Assembly (NCBI GenBank): GCA_973851085.1
Contig: OZ316775.1
Coordinates: forward strand, 1,178,001 to 1,242,000
Length of the DNA: 64,000 nucleotides
Direction of reading: 5' to 3'
DNA from: Ptychomitrium polyphyllum
Taxonomy: Eukaryota
Positions 14,001 to 26,000 of this stretch are shown piece by piece. A model generated the notes under the pieces. It was not told where the DNA came from, did not search any database, and saw nothing but the letters and a program-made list of their open reading frames with translations. The number at the start of each line of letters is the position of its first letter. Positions within the stretch are counted from its first letter, which is position 1. The position numbers and the translations under genes are program-made.

Positions 14001-15105
14001 CCATTTACAATGAAATGAACCACAAACCTTCCCATCACAAATTTGCTCACTAAAAGGAGGTTAGACTTCATCTTTGGTACATGGAGCACGTACTTGAAGG
14101 TAATCCTCTTGGTCATGCCTCTAAAAAACAATCTCCACCACAATGGACTCCATTACAATGGCCTCTACCGCGCCATTGTCACCCATGAATACTCTAGTGG
14201 TTGGAATTGCCTCATAAGTGACAAGCGAGTACTTATGAGGCGTCATGTACTTTGTAGCACTCGAGTCCATTATCCACTTGGATAGAGCATCCATGGGCAT
14301 TTCTTCACTTACCATGAAGGCGGAATAACCTCCTCTAAGGTGGTCCATTATATGGTTGGCATCTTCCCTCTTTCCTTTCTTAGCTTTGTAACAATTTCGA
14401 GCAAAGTAGCCTAGCTTTCTACAAATAAAGCAAGTTCTAAGGGTGGTACATTGATTGGAGTAGGTGTCCTTACCTTGTCTCAAGAGGAAGCCAAGTTTTC
14501 ATTCAAAGTGCCATTTTTCTTCTTCTTTGTTACCTTGTAGCTCAACCTTGTCGTCACATAATCCATGGTGAGGTCCTTTATGGGAATGAACTCCATGGCC
14601 ATAATAAAGTAGCTATAGGACTCTGGCAAGTTTATGAGCAAAGTCAACACAACTTCCACTTTGCTTATTAGATGTTTTACAATGACAAGTTGGCTCGTGA
14701 GGGCCTAGACCTTGTAGACATGCGCCATGAAGTCGTCTTCTTCTTCCATCTTGCATGTCAAGAACTTCTTCCTCGTGAAGATGCTGCTTGAGAAGTTCCT
14801 GCTCTCATAAATGTTGCAAAGCGTCCTCCATGCCTTTGCAAGGCCTTTGCAAGAGATGATGTAGGCAAAGTTGGCGTCGTCAAGGTTGTTGGCAAGGATG
14901 CCAAAGGCCTTTTTTTCACAATGTTGGAACTCTTTCTTCTCTCTTGCATCTGCCAACGATGATGGACCAACCTCATTTCCATCTACAATGTCCCAAAGGT
15001 CTAAAATAGCAAACGCAAGCTCCATCCTAGCCTACCATTGGTGGAAGTTTTCACCACGAAATATTTGAATGACTCTCAATCCCTCACCTTCCTTAGAAGG
15101 CATGT
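11061..15105 (-). pseudogene. Copia gag-pol polyprotein, disrupted by stops and frameshifts
   Basis: Gag LDLWDIVDG, Zn knuckle CFICRKLGYFARNC, protease WIMDSSATKYMT, HRHLDH..CEGCILGK, integrase SDVCG/FIDDFS/RTNNGSEF/TPQQNGVVER, RT CKWVF/LKKALYLLKQ/LYLDDL, RNase H DADW/HIDIQHHFIRE. Confidence 0.95.
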
Positions 15106-15550
15106 CTAAAGACCAAAAGAAACAAGTAGACCTCCAAACATTCTCTTCCCAAACGTCAATGCTTCCAACAAGTCCTCACAACTATGAGTGTAGAGGCAAG
15201 CCCCCAAATTCACTATCTCCACTCAACAATGGTTCTTGTCTACATACAAGGTCACAACTACAACACCAAACAAACCATGTTGGTGGTGGTAGAATCAAAT
15301 CTAACAAAGACACTATCAAGGCCGTATCAACAACGGTACAAACTCATTATTTTAGGAGTTTTAACATCCACAACACCAAAAGAGCTCTAAACATGAATCC
15401 AAGCACTTCCTCGTACCAAAACTCGTATTTAGGCTACTTCAACCCCAACATCAACAAGAACCATGAGATCTTGCTCTACACTAGTACAACAACTACAATT
15501 ACTTGAAGCTACTTCAAAAGGCATTACAAAATGTGAGTGGGCCCATAACC

Positions 15551-15933
15551 TGTTGAATAATTGTAATAAGACTAGAGAAAGAATGCAATAAGGTTATTAA
15601 TTACAAGCAAGAGCAGAGAACAAAGTTGCAATAAGAGAAGTGTGGAGCAAAATGACTCCCACACCCAAAACCACTTTACTTATATTCAGAAGTCATCCAC
15701 CAAAGTGTGCCGCTTGGCGGCCATGCATTTGCCTTCACCAATTAGTGCCACATGGCGGCTAATCCTAGCCGCCACCTAATCTTTAGTTGTCATTTTCTCA
15801 ATTCTAGCCTCCATATTCCTCTCTATCTTCTTCCTTGACATGCCTTTGACCACTAGCAACATTTCAAGCCCAATATGAAGGCATTTCAGCTAGGACCACT
15901 ATATATCTTCTACTTATTCCAATAATTCTAACA
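15551..15933 (-). repeat. Copia 5' LTR
   Basis: + strand termini TGTTG...TAACA; direct repeat of 10660-11042. Confidence 0.93.
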
Positions 15934-17021
15934 ATCAAGGTATGGCAATTACTTCTTCAAAAGTATTGGAAAGCCAATCACAAGAACCAGAACCTATATA
16001 AATTGATACTACCCAGTTTAAACGTTTGATTCCAAAAGAAAAAGAAAGGCGTCAAAGAAGAAACTTATATTTGTATTGTGGTAAGTCTAGACATAAAGTA
16101 CGCGATTGCCAAATCAAAGGATCTGTTATTAAGGCTTAAAGTACAAAGGTGGAGTTGAAAAACGAGGTTGTCTAATCATAGTAAGGACCATGTAATTGGA
16201 CACTATAAAAAAAAAACCATCAAATCAAGGTCTCTTATTATCTTTAAACCCTACTTCTTGCTTTACATTTCCTATCAAAATTAAATTGCTAGATGATGCC
16301 ATAATTAGTGAAGTTCTTTTAGACACTAGTACAATGGCATGCTTTATGGATAAGGATTTTGCAACCATACATCACATAGTGCTTGTAAACAAAAAATATC
16401 CTACACCTGTTGAAAAAATTGATGGACAACCTCTTGCATTTGGTAATATTATTGAAGAAACTCAACTTTGGAAGGTTGTCTTATAGGACTAAACATCTAA
16501 TATTGTCTTCAACATCATTCAATGCCAAATAAACCCTATTATCTTGGACCTTTCTTGGTTTGAAATATATAATCCAGACATTGATTGGCGCAAGGAAAGT
16601 GTGGTCTTAAGGAAAAGACGTCAAGGTACAATAAATCTTGAACCATTATTTATTAAAGTTAAGGCATTCATGAGAGTGGCAAAAAATGAACCAATCTATG
16701 CCATTTGTGCCACATCAATGTGCGGTTCTATAGTAGAAACTAATCAAAACATACCTTGTCAATATCAAGATTATAAAGACATTTTTGAGATGAAAATTTC
16801 AGACATATTATCAAAACACCGGCCTATCATACCAATGGCATTATTCAAGATATCATGGCCATTGGTATTATTCAAGTTATTTGTTATTTATGATGTCATG
16901 ACATCAATTTGTGGTACATAAATACATAAGGTGTTTGATAGAATAATTAAGAGATAATTTATGTTTTAAAAAAATTAGGTGGAACAAGTTGGATGTTGAG
17001 TCAAGGATTTAACTAAGGACC

Positions 17022-19412
17022 CTACTGCAAGAATGAATAGTCTTTTACATTCAAATGAATAAGAGCCTTCAACTTCCCGATTTGTTGTGGAAGTTATTGC
17101 AAGTATAAACATCATTTTAGGTCCAAGTAAGTAAGAGCCTTCAACTCTTCAATTTGCTTTGGAAGTTGTTGCAAGGATGAACACCCTTCTAGATCCAAGT
17201 GCGTAAGAGCCTTCAACTCTCCAATTTGCTTTGGAAATTGTTGCAAGGATGAACACCCTTTTAAGTCCAAGTGCGTAACAGCCTTCAACTCCCCAATTTG
17301 TTGTGGAAGTTGTTTCAAGGATGAACACCATTTGTTGTTGCAAGGATGAACACCATTTTAGATTCAAGTGCATAAGAGCCTTCAAATCTCCAATTTGCTA
17401 TGGAAGTTGTTATAGGGATGAACACCCTTTTAAGTCCAAGTGTGTAAGAGCCTTCAACTCTCTAATTTGCTGTGGAAGTTGTTACAAGGATGTACACCTA
17501 CTTAGGTCCAAGTGCATATGAGCCTTCAACACCCCAATTTGTTGTAGAAGTTGATGCAAGGATCGACACCATGATAGGTCCAAATACGTAAGAAAGGTTG
17601 ACCATTCCATGTGTGAAACCTTCTCTTCAAAGTTGAACTGATTATAAGAAATGTCTAGATACTTCGAACTTGTCATCTCAGAATTAGAAAAGAAGTTTGT
17701 TATTTAATCTATGGATCCATTGAGCCCTGAGAGCAGGCACACTTGAAGATTGTTTAAGCTTTGAAAAATGGTGTTGTTGATTAATGACATCATTTTAATG
17801 GCTTGGAAAGACTTCCTTCTTGGAAATGCTTTCATTACTTTTCGTGATGCAAAGAAACAATTGTATACACTTTCACCTGCCTCAACAGTGTCTATAATCA
17901 TGAGAGCAAGGTCTCGCAAAATATCATGAGAGCAAGGTCTCGCAAAATATCATGAGAGCAAGGTCTCGCAAAATATCATGAGAGCAAGGTCTTGCAAAAT
18001 AACATGTACTTTTGCATGTCCTCTAGAATGATTCCATTCAATCAAAGACCGCTTCTCAAAAACTGCTAGGTGTGCCTTTGCTTCATCTTTTTTACTAATC
18101 AAGCCTTCAGAGATCCACATTTGGAATAACTTGGTGATGTCTAAAATTTGATAGTCTTCTGGAAATGCTGCAAAGTATAAGAAACACGTCTTCAACACAT
18201 TCCCTTGCAGCAGGTCATAACTCCACCATAAGCGACCAAAAAATTCATCATCTATTGAAGATCCTCGAATTGTTTTCGATGGCTTTAGGGTATTTAAAAC
18301 ATAGCCCCATTCTTCCTTGCTCACCTTGTCTTGCATAGCCCTATCCACAACTTCCAATGCCAAACGGAGCCCTTTATTGGAATGGACTACAGAATTGTGC
18401 TGTTGAGAAATGCATGAGAACAAAACAATTTGCAACTATCATCTTCCGAAAGAGGTAGTATAATCTTTGATTCAGCATAAACTTCTAAAAGTATTGCAAC
18501 ATTGCGGATTGTGATCAAGGTTACAGACCTTGGCGCTGTAATAATATTCAACCAATACATCATCGCATGATTTTGTTCACTTCATTCTTGCCACACATCG
18601 TCCAATACCAAGACCACCTTCTTCTCTTTAAAAACATCTACCAAATAAGATCGTTGATCTTCAAAGCTTCAATGAGCATAGCTTTATTCAAATCTTACAT
18701 CTTCTAAAAATATAGCCATTGTTTTGTACAAATCAAGCACTCTTGCAACAAGTCCCACAGTGATCCACTTGATAGAACCAACTCCATACCTCTCTTTGAT
18801 ATCTCTATTGTTATGCAACATCTTTGCCAATAACGTTTTCCTCGCTCCACCTCTTCCATGCAAACCCAAGTGGCTTATTGTGTCTTTTGCATAGCTTTCA
18901 AGTATGGAAGCCTTGAGTTTGTTCAATGGAATATCCACTCCTACAATCTCTGTTGGAATTTGTTGTTCTAAAGAAATTTGATGATGTTCTTTTCTTTGCA
19001 ATATTGACATCTCCAAGATATTGAACCGCAGCACAAAAAAGAACATTCTTCTTTGCCTCCTCAATCCGGCGAATGATGTCCATCAGCTCGGCAGGTAACT
19101 TCCCCCACTGCCAAAATATCATTGCTCTCTTTCCCCACTCAGACTTTGATTCATTTGCACCTTTTATCCAAAGCTTCTCGCCTTCTCCCAAATGATTTTG
19201 ATTTCCTCCAACACATCACATTGAGCTTTCTCCCAATTAGGTGAATGTTGATAGGCTGCATAAATAAGTGGTTGGAGTTTATTCGCACTTTCCAAGAGGA
19301 GTTTGCACTTCTTCCTATGTCCCAGTTCACATTTGGCTGCATCCATCACCATTGTGAAGAATGCACTTACTGCTGCTCCTACTACTGCAGGAGCGACAAG
19401 TGGATCCACCAT
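17022..19412 (-). pseudogene. RPW8-like CC-NB-ARC-LRR (RNL-type NLR) pseudogene
   Basis: N-terminus MVDPLVAPAVVGAAVSAFFTMV.. resembles RPW8-type CC domains. Decayed P-loop GLHGRGGARKTLLAK, kinase-2 VVLVLDDVW, RNBS-B SVTLITIRN, GLPL-like GLRLAL, RNBS-D CFLYFAAFPED, MHD-like VHVILQDLAL. 24-aa LRRs LQQLPQQIGELKALTHLDLKGCSS. Many frameshifts and stops. A splice acceptor at 19419-19420 lies just before the ATG. Confidence 0.9.
17897..18000. repeat. 4 x 26-bp tandem repeat covering the NLR MHD motif
   Basis: ATCATGAGAGCAAGGTCTCGCAAAAT x4 (one mismatch in the last copy). Confidence 0.97.
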
Positions 19413-20674
19413 GTTGATCTACAAAGTTGCAAATGATATCATCATCAGCTGTCCCATAATCAATGCATTATCCAAATCAATAACAAGCCACTGCTGCAAT
19501 GAAGCTGTCTGCAGTAATGCAATTATTACCACGTACCACATAAGAGTGCAAAACAATGAACATGAAATCTACCCACACAGCCTCCACTAGCACACTAACA
19601 TTTGTATTCAAACAAAAACTTCTTGTAAAATGGCACCTGATGGGAATTACAAGAAATTCTTCCTTCTGGTTGCCCAAATGATACTTGAAGTCCCAATTTT
19701 CCTTATGGCATCACGTCACACATATCTATAAAAACTCTCCACAGTAATTCATTGATCATGCACTTTGCGCATTTAGAGATAAAGACAGCGCGCTTGTTGC
19801 ACACTTAAATATTATAATAAGCCAAATCAGCATCAAAGAAGCTCCAAATAGGATTCACCTCATGCGCATCAAAGCTACAATCCGAATAATTAACACTTCC
19901 GTTCCAAGTTTCCTCCAACCTACAACACAAATGACCTCACCAAACACCAACTTCATACTGACAGGAGGTGGCACTCCATTATGCCTACACTCAATCCACC
20001 TTGCTCGACTATCAACAGATGAATCAACTCAAATCAACTCGAAAGAGATCAGAAAGTCGAGTACAAATGAAAGGGCCTACGGCAATAGGAAAAACAAAGA
20101 AAGTAAAAATCTTTGCACCAACAAACGATACCCCACTCCGCTCCCCTCCCCTCCCCATCCTCCACCTAAAACCTACTGGGCTGCAAGACACAGTCAGATC
20201 CACCACACCTCCTCCACAAAACATTGCTCGCCGTAACAGCCATCACCAAACCACAGAGCTGTAAACGGGTACTGTCACTCCACAACAACAACCAACAAAA
20301 GCATTCCGACAAACCCACCAGCACTAGCACTGGCCAGCACCCGAGACGTCCAGCAAACGCCCTGGTTTCTTCAAGTCAGCTTGACATCAATATGCACGCG
20401 CAGCATCCAACACGCAGACATAAAATATGAGTAAATAAGCGTGGATATCCGTCGAGCAGGACCATCTGTGCCACACAGTCCCGTGGCTACAGTAGCACAG
20501 GGTCCAGCTTCATACTTTCCTGGACGCTACGGGCTGCGGACAATCGACTCAATATCGCGTTGCACTGCAGGACTGGGTCGTGATGTGCAATCTCAGGGGA
20601 TAAGATCTGCTCACCTACACAGATGCGCGACAGCCTCCATAGATTCAGAAGCATCTCTTGCCGCTGACGCGAGG

Positions 20675-21800
20675 CTACGTCAACCTCCTTCGCGTCAGTC
20701 GAGTGCTGTAATCTCCCACTCCTGAGCGCACGCCGACACCAACTATCGGTGCCTCGGTCAGCTCACAGACAATTCCAGCCGGTGTGAGCATCGCCTGTCC
20801 CGGGTCCGAGTCTGTGTCCTCATTTGACCGATCGCCGAGATCAGCAGTTTCTCGACTTGGTGACACAGCAGCACCTTACAAGCTCTCCCACAGCTTCCGT
20901 TCCTCTGTGGACGCATACCTGAACCCCAGGGAATCCCCATTCTCGCTGGAAATCCAGAAGAAAATGACTCAGACCGCTGGATCTTCGTTATCCAAGAACT
21001 GGAATTTATGGGGTTTTTTTTTTTTCGGCTTCGTTCCAAGCACACCGCTTTTGTTGGCGTCGCTTTCCCCGACGGTCTCCTCTGGGAGCAAAGGAGAGAT
21101 GCTGACTTTACCCCCACAGAATCAGCTGAAACGACTGCCCACAGAAGCTTCTGCTAGACAGGGGCTTTCAACCCACGTCGACCTCGGCATCGTGCTCAGC
21201 CAGCCGTTGTGTAGCATTAAGAGCCTCAAGTCGTGTCCCAAAAGGAAATCGAGAGGCAGAGGTGTTGTAAGAGAGAGATTGTGCGAGAGAAAGAACAGTT
21301 CAACGTTGGCTCCAACAACCACACAATCCTGATATCGGAGGTGATTGCATGCAGCCAGGACATGTGCCTCTTCACACCGCCCAAGGGCATCCACCACCTC
21401 TGAAGGGACTTCAACACTTGCCGCATAGAACAGGACCAATTTCACGAGCTCAACTTCGTGAGCAAGTCTCGTAGGCCTTCGCATCATCTCCTCAGCGGTC
21501 ATCTTGTCCTTGGATACCGGCTTCTCTCTGATTTTTTACGGAGTGTGCACACGAGGAGTTCTTGGCAAATTAGGAGCCTTGGTTGTCGCATCACTATGTT
21601 GGTCCATCGAAAATACGACTGGATTAGGAGCAGTTGCAGGAACCAGTTCTGGTTCAATATAGTCCTCAATCACTCTCGAATGGGATGTTCGTACTTTGCT
21701 GAGAGATCTATCCCTTATCTGTGGAAGCTTTGGCGCGCTTGTTCGAATTACCCTGCTCCGCTTACTGCTTGTGACCTTCGCAGTTTGGCGCAGTGGCATG
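20675..21800 (-). pseudogene. Decayed intronless ORF of unknown family
   Basis: ORFs 21536-21799 and 21122-21502 share a frame and are separated by one TAA. The frame continues past a second stop (..PEETVGESDANKSGVLGTKPKKKK) and, after a shift in a poly-A run, into KPHKFQFLDNEDP..LGFRYASTEERKLWE and ORF 20675-20866. Family not recognised. Confidence 0.4.
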
Positions 21801-22229
21801 ACCTCATGAAAGCCATTGCCACAGAAATATCATAAAACGACTCCCATGGTAACTTCTGCTCAGAGTTCATTGTTGACGATTCTAGCTGTTAGACCTCAGT
21901 GTCGTTGTTAAGATGAGTTTGTGTAGCTCCTGTAGGGATGTCAGCTCCAATATCTTTTTTTCCAAACTTTACTAGTTGATGGTGCATCATCCAACCGTTC
22001 CATACACCCAGCGGACAAGCGTCTGCAAGCAGCAGGGTTGGCACGTTGCTTTGTATAGCATCGTACGAAAACTCTGTCTGATCCGCAAGATCCATCGACT
22101 CGTGAACTGTGCGTTGTCTGAATCTCCAGGTACGCTATGTGCTCTGTTCCGAACCAAAGGCTGGCCTTCACAATAATCCGGGATTTGCAGCAACATTTGA
22201 ATCTGTTCTGATGATATTGCATGGTCCAG

Positions 22230-22376
22230 GCGGAATCGCGATCCGTCCGTTACTGCCCCTCGTCCAGCAAAGCCTCCCAAGGTAGTAGTGCTGCGCTGCG
22301 TGGCTGAGCGGTTACAGGAGAAACTGATTGTTGTCGACAAAATGGTGGATGTTATTTGCGGGCCTAACGCTTGTCG
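22230..22376 (+). pseudogene. Isolated exon of a CDK5RAP1/MiaB-like tRNA methylthiotransferase
   Basis: Translates [35 protein letters not shown], matching the family motif PPKVVVLGCMAERLKEK..DKMVDVVCGPDAYR. Flanked by CCAG| and |GTAAGT. No other exons of the gene seen. Confidence 0.8.
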
Positions 22377-22627
22377 GTAAGTTCTGCCGTTTGCTGAAAT
22401 GTGGGTTGTTGAGCTTGAGTCCAACTTGCAATTTCAAACTGCATACGACTGTTTCCGTTGTGTTCTGATTGAGTGGAAAAGAATGCACTCACATTGTGAT
22501 CATACAAAGAATGTTAAAATCACGAAGAATACACAAATTTCCCCATGACAGGAAGCTCTTGACCAGTGTTTCTAGCTCGACCACCTACTGTTCCTTTTCC
22601 AACTCTAAATCCCTGAACCCCACACGC

Positions 22628-23074
22628 CTAGTGAGCAGTGTAAAACCCCGCTGGGCCACTCCCAACGTTGCACACTTGAAGGTCATTTCTCCGCTGCGTC
22701 GCTGTGCCACTCACACCTCTCGAACCCCAACCCAGAAGCTCTTCTCCCGCTGCAGAATTGAAGCAATCTCTGAGGAACCCAACCACCACGAACCCAATCT
22801 CAGAGCCTTCAAACCATGGGAAACCATGAACACAAGAGTCCCCGGTAACAACTCCCAGCTTCAGAGTCGAAATGCCACAAACGGTTTCAACTGCAAAGCT
22901 CAACACAGCGCCAGAACGGCTGGAAGTCGATATCAATCGAACAGTGGGCTCTCCATACTGCCCACATCCTTTATGCGCCCCAGTCCACCTCCTGAACCGA
23001 ATAGAAAGTGTGGGAACAGAAAAGCGGAGAGGGAAGAGTGCCTGACCGCGTGAGTAGGTTATCGCCGTGGCCAT
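22628..23074 (-). pseudogene. 5' fragment of mitochondrial NADPH:adrenodoxin oxidoreductase (MFDR-like)
   Basis: Transit-peptide-like N-terminus, then LQVCNVGSGPAGFYTAH* (family FAD-binding motif VCIVGSGPAGFYTA), ending in a stop. Rest of the gene absent. Confidence 0.8.
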
Positions 23075-26000
23075 GCCACGAATTGCTCGACGTAGGGAGA
23101 TCAACAGTTACCTGCAATTGGCTGCAGAGCTGCAAAAGCGACTGCCGCTCTTCCTGGCAGGGCACAAACCTTTCTACAAAGGAGTCCGACTCTCCCTTCT
23201 CTGCCCACTGCGGAGCTTTCTCTAGGGGTGTCAGCAGAGGTACTCCTTTTACAGTCGTAACAGGAAATAAGTACAAGAGCACATCGTAAGATTTCTGAAG
23301 AAACTAGTCAGGATTTCGAGATACATTGCACGGGGTGCAAGTAGAATGGGGTGAGTGCACGCCCTGGGAAAGGAGCGAGTTGGGGGCAGGCACGGGCCTG
23401 GGGTGGGGCACAGGGCGCAGGCACGGGCTAGGTGTGGTGTACGAAGGGGATGCAAGCAAATGCAAGCAAGGAAGGGCAAGTGTAGGGTGTGTGAGAAGGG
23501 GTACAAGCAAAGAGAAGTGCAAATTATGGAAGGAGTCAGAAATGAAGGGATTTGAAGCGCCCAACCCAAATATAAAGCACCAGCGGATGGATGGAAATAT
23601 AGTGGTAAGTATATGGATTTGTAGATGGCCACAATTTGAATATATGGCATGGTTCAATCAATTTTTAATTGTGTAATTCCTTAAGGGTTTGCTATATGAA
23701 AAAATCTTAGAAAACAAATGATTTCTATTATAAATTTAATATAAGTACTTGATTTTTGCATGAAAAGATGTTAAAGAAGTAGTACTAATGACATGACAAT
23801 TGTTCTAGCTTTTTATTTAGATTTGGATATTTCTTTAGAAGTAACATGGCATTAAAGTAGAGTGACATGGCACCATAAATCTAATACAATATTACTAAAT
23901 AATTGTGCTCAAATTTCATTTGAAAAAAAATATGATGTTGCATCAAAATTAATATGACTAGCACTTATTTGATTAAATATATTTTCTCTAAACTCCAATT
24001 GTTGAACAAAGAAACGGCAATTTAAATGTGATAATATCATATAACAATAATTTATTTTTTTATACAATCAATTATCTATATATATAATTTTCTTTTGAAT
24101 TTTTTAAATAAATCTTAAAGCCAAGCACTTTTTGCTAAAGTATTTTTGATTGATACTTATTATAACACAACCTTGAATAAATACTTTTTAAAATAAATGC
24201 TAAAAGATTAGATTGAATTTTTTCTTTGTATTTATCAATTCTAACTCTATTTTTAATTTATGATATCTTAAATGAATAAATCATAATGAAAGTACCATAA
24301 TGAAATATAATAAAAGTATCATAGCATCAAAAACCACTTTTAAATAGCATCACATTATAAACAATTAATATTTTTTAAAAATTAAACTGGTTTATCTCAA
24401 GTGATTTAGAATTTAAAATAATCTTCCGCACATTATTCAAACATTTATATAAATAAAAATGTGTCATTATAAATAAATGGAATTATAGAATAAAGAAAAT
24501 TAATTTCAAATTTTTATTTTGATATTAATTAAGTTAAACATCCATATACAATTATAATAATATTCTTGAAGCATCAAACTTCCTATCTATTACATACTTG
24601 TCCAAATATCAAATCAAGACAATGGTATAGTTACAACAATGGTATAACATTCTTGTATTTTATTCTTCAAAACAAAAAGATTCTTCTTAACTTAGGCTTG
24701 GTTAATTTTCAAGCCTAAATTCAACACTTATTGAAAATGAAAAATTAATATTGTAATGATTTTATTTTTTAGCATCATCTATGGAATTTTATTATCTACA
24801 TATATTCATATTAATATTCGTTGTAGTATTATAAAAATTTCTAATATATAAATTTATCAGTTCCAATTTTAGATTTATGAAGGCATATATTTATATAATT
24901 ATAGATGTATGTAATATTATAATATTTAAATATAAATTTTAATTAATTTATACAAGTTGTTATGCATATTTGTAATTTAATTCATTTGAGCATATACATT
25001 TGTGCATATGTGTATATTTATGTGGTGGCTAATGCACACATGTGTGTACTATTATGTTGCATAGCTACAAGAAATAATTTATTATACATTTAGATATGAA
25101 TAAGTTTTTTTAACAAATCAAGTGTTATTTTGTTAAAATATTGTTATATGTACTATGTATTAATAAGAAAATGAATAGCACAATGAAAATATTATAGTAA
25201 TGTATTAATTGTAAATATTTATTTATATATGATACAATGCAAATATATGATATTTGCACAAATTTTAGGAGCTTTTATTTCTCTTTTGATGTAAAAAAGT
25301 TGTAGATAAAAATTTAATGTTGTTTGATTAGAAAATATGTATTTTGTGTACTTTTTTATTATTTTATAATTGAATATTAGTTATATAATATATATTAAAC
25401 ATTTATATATTTTAAATATCTATATTATTAGTATAAATGATACTAAATATTTCATTGAATAATTGGAGAGGTTTTATAATTTAGTAATAAAACATTGCAC
25501 AAAATATTGCTTATGACCAATATAAAAAAATGCATCCAATTTTGTTTTATTGATTTTTAAAGAAATACATCATGTTTATTATACAAACATGGAAACGAAA
25601 AGAAAAGAACTCATTCTTATTAGAATGTCATGATAGAATTGTTTCATTTCAAAATTGGTACACTCACTTATGGGAATATTAAAAATAAATCTACAATGTC
25701 AAAAGTTGTGGACGAATTTGATAACTTATTAATGTTGCCATATGAAATTCTAACCTCAAGAAATTTGTTTTCACTTCACCATTAAAAATGAATTCTTAGT
25801 TTTAAATATTGTTAATTTTAAGGCATATAATTGTTTAAGTTTATTCCAAATGTGAACTTTATAAGCCATCTTGAATTCATAGTTGTTGAATAGAATGTAT
25901 AGAGTTTAAACATTCTTCTTTTCAAATTACTTTGAAAAAAATCATATATTAAGATAAAAGAGTCCACAATATAAAATTTAATACATCTATATCATTGAAA

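Larger units (their letters stand above)
10660..15933 (-). mobile_element. Full-length degenerate Ty1/Copia LTR retrotransposon
   Basis: Two 383-bp LTRs (10660-11042, 15551-15933) with about 19 mismatches by hand count. Target-site duplication ATTAA/ATCAA. PPT AGTGGGAG (minus) abuts the 3' LTR. PBS GGTTATGGGCCC abuts the 5' LTR. Copia domain order gag-PR-IN-RT-RH. Confidence 0.95.
9127..16825 (+). mobile_element. Degenerate, 3'-truncated Ty3/Gypsy (Tcn1/Tf1-like) LTR retrotransposon, split by a Copia insertion
   Basis: 5' LTR 9127-9761. gag remnant EPKINMPDKFDG..LRGFIQQ..QVGFVATLLS (~10250-10500) resumes after the Copia with EPEPI*ID..EKERRQRRNLYLYCGKSRHKVRDC (Zn knuckle). Protease LLDTSTMACFMDKDF (16196-16486), then IPCQYQDYKDIF..LSKHRP, where it breaks off. 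No RT, integrase or 3' LTR. Many stops. Confidence 0.85.

Noticed and set aside
15069..15506. 145-aa antisense ORF in the Copia leader
   Set aside because: Explained by compositional bias of the leader; no motif support.
17050..17600. 72-bp periodic repeats that superficially resemble a CRISPR array
   Set aside because: They encode 24-aa LRR units; there are no unique spacers or cas genes and the context is eukaryotic.
23382..23415. Canonical G-quadruplex motif upstream of the MFDR fragment
   Set aside because: The pattern is present but common in G-rich degenerate repeats; nothing indicates function.
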